Assembly (NCBI GenBank): GCA_051047955.1
Contig: JBPGPT010000036.1
Location: forward strand, 62,001-126,000
DNA length: 64,000 bases
Source: Cystobasidiomycetes sp. EMM_F5
Lineage: Eukaryota
Reading direction: 5' to 3'
Made by a program: the position numbers and the translations under genes. Below are positions 59,387 through 64,000 of this stretch, piece by piece (positions within the stretch are counted from its first letter, which is position 1; each line of letters opens with the position of its first letter). The notes below the pieces were generated by a model. The model made no database searches. It saw nothing but the letters and a program-made list of their open reading frames with translations, and was not told the origin of the DNA.

Positions 59387-61055
59387 ATGGATTCGGAGTC
59401 TCATTCCACCGCCTGGCCGTCGGTCACCGTGCGAGCGGTACGTCTTCGCTGTCCGTATACGCCGTGACTCGCGAGCTACGGCTAACATTTGCCTATCCCA
59501 GGTCATGTGCACATACTTTCTCACCATCGTCTCGCTTCTGACCGCCTTGCTCACCCTCCGAATCAGCAAGGTCGGCTCTTGGCGGAATTGGCACAAGATG
59601 GGATTCGCACGCTTCCTCATCATTGCGACTCTTTTCGACTCGTGGCTGTTCGCTTGGGCAGCGGTGGTCGTTTTGTACGGAGTAGATTCCGGTCTCAACT
59701 TCGCTTCCTGTAGCGTAGGAATCTGGCTTTGCGTACTCGTATACGGTGAGGACGATCTTGGCTTTCGATAGGGTGAGAGCTTTATTGATGAACCGAAAAA
59801 TCGAAAAATCGAAAAAGCCTCTAGCAAAGTTATCATCTACAGTACGTACGGCTCGCTGTTGTGGGTATCAGAAGTATCGCTCATTGTTCTCTCATTGTAG
59901 TGTTCCTGCGTGGGTTTCCGATAGCGCCGACTGTCCACGCTCTTTACTGCTTGCTAATGTGCCGACTTCCGCTTTGATCCTCTGCAGTGGAAAGACGTAA
60001 GTCAAGGGACCATAATACCGGCTGCCTTGAAGCTAAGCTACTCTCCTAGTCTTTTGCGTGCATTGTACTCTGTCAACCACTGGCTCATTCGTTCGAGACC
60101 GTTTGAGGTCTTGGTGGTATCGGATAGGCTTGGTGCTCCTGGTGGGATGGATCGTTGTTGCCATTGTTATGATCGTCGGTCGCAATGCCATACTGCATCC
60201 AGATGGCTCATGCACAATCGGCCTCAAAATATGGGCTACTGGCAAGTCTTTCCTCCTTCGGGTATGAAGCATGTTCACTGCAGTAAAAGCTGACTCTCAA
60301 CGTACAGTACCGATGCTCACTGTGGATGTCATCGTCAACCTGTTTTTGACGAGCGGCTTTGTGTATCCCGTATTTAAAGCCGGCTTCACCCAAGCGAAAA
60401 GCCTCGCAAAATCCTCCTGCATAGCTGCTGGAGTCGCTCTGGCCACTAGCTTTGCAAACATCCTAGTCCTTTCGATTCTCCACGGACACGAAGCAGCTTA
60501 CATTTGCCTCGGCTGCTGCCTTGGAGATGGTCAGTCCAGTCCGTCCCTTCTGCCCGGAATAGCAAGCCAACTGACTTCCTCTTCACCACAGTCGCGATCA
60601 ACGCTTGCATATTGTATGCCGTGACTAACGGGCGCCTCGACGGAGGCCGAGACACGGGACCCAGCGGCGGCTACGTGACGGCTGTCTCTGCTCCACCAAA
60701 GACCGGCTTTCAAGAGACGCGACATGGTGACAGCATCTTCTTATCGCTACCAACGCGAGAAGGGGAGCTGCCGACGAGCCTTGGTACATTGCGGTCTGAG
60801 CGTCATCGGAGAGTGTCAATGGCATCGATGTACACTCCGGGTGAAAAGGATAGTACGCTCGACAAGTACTTTTCTAGTCGCCCACAAAGTCAAACAGAGC
60901 GGTCTAGCTTTGCACAGCCTGAGAGATGTCACCTACGGGGCGAGATCAGGGTGGAGCGTACGGAAGAGAGTGTGGTAGAGAGCCCTCTGGATGGAGAAGA
61001 GCTTGCAGATGTAAGTCATCTGTCAGTAGTGCAGACACGGTCATCGGCAGTCTAA
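59387..61055 (+). CDS. Multi-pass (about 7-TM) GPCR-like fungal membrane protein
   Basis: About seven hydrophobic helices, Cys in SCSVGIWLC and DGSCTIGL, DVIVNLFLT, and a Ser-rich cytoplasmic tail. Confidence 0.7.
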
Positions 61056-61309
61056 GCTGGGAAAAACGACGGGAAGAACGGCAAGCAATATCCATTCAAT
61101 GAGTAGTAGGAAGTAAACGCGCTGGGAAATAATGTTGTAGCTGCTAGAAGTGGACTGTATCAATTCCTCCAGCTCAAAAACATCGCTTAAGGTGACTCCG
61201 GCGTGCTCGAGCCCAGCATGCCGACTCAAGCGCGTTGACCATGAGAGATGCCGCACAGATTCCATGAAACTTCTGTACAACGTATCATTGTATATCATCC
61301 TACTCAGCG

Positions 61310-61806
61310 TTACTGCCTGTCGGCGACTTTATAACCTGTCGTAGAGTCAAAACGTCAGCACTAGAATCGCAGGTTTGATGGGCACAGCACTCGAGCCTAC
61401 CTGGAATAGCGGAAGGGTTGAAGATTCGTGTTGCGTCCGAGTAGCCGTTGCCAATGCCAATGCCCGTTCCGAGCCATACAGGCCACATCCGCCCTACAGA
61501 ATGAGCGCGAAATGGTTAAAAAGCGGCTTCAGTAGATATACGGAATGATTAGACTGACTTCTGAATATCAGAGCGGAGAGGACGACTCCGGCTGCCAATC
61601 CAGTTCCGGTTTTGACGATGAGGTTTGAGATGGAGAGGTCGGTCTTTTCGGACAAGACAGCAGCAAAGTCGCCAGAAGATTAGCGTTGGGCATTCCCGGG
61701 CAGCTCCGAGATGGCAATCCCGCGACCTGGGCTGCCAGCTCACCTTGTGACCGAGGATATCTTCGGACGCTCCGACCCTTGGCGTTGCTGCAGAGGACAA
61801 GGACAT
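61310..61806 (-). CDS. MIC10: MICOS complex subunit Mic10
   Basis: SEDILGHK..DLSISNLIVKTGTGLAAGVVLSALIF..RMWPVWLGTGIGIGNGY. Confidence 0.92.
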
Positions 61807-62085
61807 GGTCTTGTAAACGAGCACGCTCAGATTTGCAGCAATTCCAGCAATTTGTGCAGTCTGGCTTGTAATTGAGCAAAGAAAAGCAACCCGAAACCTC
61901 GTCTTTGACGTTTGGAGGCTGATCGGGCAATAACCAGCACCTTGTCGAGCAACTGACTCACTGACTGAATAGAAGGGCTAATATATCGCTAACATAACTA
62001 ATAATCGGAACATTAGAAAATGGATTCGTGAGCAAGTCTCGAGTCTAGGCGCCGGCCGCAGAGTCGCGGAGAGACTGGTGATGCA

Positions 62086-64000
62086 ATGACATCCAAAGCA
62101 GACACTGGCACATATGGCGGTGTCGATGATGCTGCGAGGAATGCCATACAGCAATTAACGCCCAGTGACAGTCCAGCGCCAAACCCGTTACTCACAGACT
62201 ATGCATCGCCTGGTTGTTGCACGTCAAACACACCAAGTGTCACGCACGATGTCGCATGCCGGGAAGCCTTCTCACAGCCCACCGACCGTCTTGGAGGCGA
62301 TATTGTTCGAGACACAGCTCTTCTGCCGGCAAAGATGGCGCGACGGATCTCCACATCCCGTCAAATGACCCAAGACTTTGATCCTAGCGCGCACGACAAG
62401 CTGTACAACAACATTCCACCGTCAGTCAAAAACGGAACATTTATGCAAAAAGTATCGGCCAAGAAAGCACAGCGCCGTCTGGTCAAGCTCAAACCAGAGG
62501 CAGGCCAACTCTGGTGGGAAAGCAAGCATACTGGGATGCGTAAGTGCCCGCGCAGCAGAACATGCAAATGAGAGAACAATCTTTGAATATGATCTTCATC
62601 CCTGTCGCCAGTCAACATCGAATCTATTCGGGAAATGCGCTTTGATGAAGCAGCCTCAGGATTCATCTCGTCGCTGCGTTGCGATATACCCGATGCTCAG
62701 TCAAAATGGATTACCATCATCTACACCTTCGCAGGCAAATACAAGATTCTACACCTCATTGCACCAACACAAGCCGCACACGCGGAATGGAAACAAACCT
62801 TACAATCCTTGTATGATCAGCGGAAGGAACTCATGGGCGGCCTCGATCAGATGAGGAAGCGCAATTCTATCTGGCTGAAACAGCATTGGTCGACTGCCGA
62901 TGCCAATGGCGATCAGAAATTAGATCTGGCCGATGTTTCTGCTCTATGTCGCAATCTGAACATTACGGCCAGCGAAAAGGAGATCAAGGTCAAGTTCCGG
63001 GTACGTATCAGTCCATAACTCGTGTCAATCTGTAACAATGAATCGAGTCACCCTCACAGGCTGCTGATGTGAATCAGCGTGGACACCTGGACTTTCATGA
63101 CTTCCAGGTTTTTGTGAAGCAGCTGCGGCGTAGGCCGGAGATAGAGGCAATTTTACGGTCTTTGAGCACTACGAATGACGAATCGATCTCTTTGGAAGCC
63201 TTCACATATTTCATCCGTAACGTTCAGGGTGTTCCAGCGCAAAGTATAGACGACAATGCTGTCGCAAAGATGTACATCAAATTCTGCGACGCTCTCGGTC
63301 AGACAGCAGCTACGCCCACAACTTCTTCGTCCGCTCGTCAATCTGCGATGACTCTGGAAGGGTTCACCTCTTTCTTATTGAGTTCTGACAATATGGCAAT
63401 AAACGAGCGGGAACTCCGAGTGTGCGACGACATGAGCAAGCCGATATGCGCGTATTATATATCGTCTAGCCATAATGTATGAGTAGAGAACCCATGTTTT
63501 CGAGTACTACTGACGGCGTTGTTTCTCGGGCAGACCTATCTAGTGGGAGGCCAGCTCAAGGGGGAATCCACATCGGAGGGCTATATTCGCGCTCTGCAGC
63601 AAGGGTGTCGCAGCGTTGAATGTATGTGTCGTTCAGCACAGGGGACAGTCCCGTATACTAAAGATCATACATAATGAACACAGTGGACGTGTGGGATGGG
63701 CCAATTGAACCCCTCGTGTTTCACGGAAGAACCCTGACATCAAAACTGCCTGCAAGAGAGGCTCTAGCTGCTATTGCAAAGTATGCATTCGTAGCCTCGC
63801 CATATCCCGTCATCTTGTCCATGGAGGTACATTGTGACCACGCACAGCAGGATAAGTTGGCGGAGATCCTGCGCGAGACCTTGGGATCTGCGTTGGTCGA
63901 TGAGCCCTTATTTGGCGAAGAGCGACGGACAGACCACGCCAATTGCCCGCAGGTGGATAGATTGCCCAGCCCGGAAGATCTGAAATATCGTATACTTGTC
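62086..64000 (+). CDS. PLC1: Phosphoinositide-specific phospholipase C, truncated by the window end
   Basis: PH-like region (KVSAKK..WESK..IREMR), EF-hands ([10 protein letters not shown]) and X-box [31 protein letters not shown]. Confidence 0.95.

Noticed and set aside
58982..59836. 284-aa minus-strand ORF and similar long antisense ORFs (e.g. 55032-55694, 23757-24272)
   Set aside because: They are shadows of well-supported genes on the opposite strand and show no protein-family features.
1..64000. Frameshifts or pseudogenes implied by fragmented ORFs; CRISPR arrays, rRNA, tRNA and transposons
   Set aside because: The frame breaks I checked coincide with spliceosomal introns. I saw no repeat-spacer arrays, rRNA or tRNA motifs, transposase or reverse transcriptase domains, or terminal repeats.

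Overview
This window is gene-dense, intron-rich fungal genomic DNA, with short ~50-70 nt GT-AG introns and CTRAY-like branch sites. The gene content suggests a basidiomycete, possibly a yeast-like lineage (inference). About 30 protein-coding genes were assembled by hand from exon fragments. Housekeeping genes include VPS35, uL10m, COX6, RPL21, PEX14, an ARMT1/DUF89 phosphatase, IME4/METTL3, ERV41, CTF8, eIF4A-III, MIC10 and PLC1; there is also a dual hybrid histidine kinase. The main finding is a compact aromatic-catabolism cluster at ~33.6-41.5 kb made of two divergent gene pairs: a vanillin-dehydrogenase-type ALDH with a lignostilbene dioxygenase, and a 6-exon SnoaL/NTF2-fold LdpA-like lyase with an aryl-alcohol dehydrogenase. 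This resembles the sphingomonad lignin beta-1 (diarylpropane) pathway: LdpA, then LsdA, then vanillin dehydrogenase. Both divergent promoters and the promoter of a distal MFS transporter share CGG-N10-CCG and CGG-N11-CCG Zn2Cys6-type sites, and a Zn2Cys6 factor gene lies nearby. Other oddities are a Ser-to-Gly pseudo-lipase, a catalytically degenerate RNase III-dsRBD protein, a TeaR/Mod5-like CAAX protein and a candidate box C/D snoRNA. All family assignments come from motif recognition without database searches. CDS coordinates are start-to-stop spans that include introns.
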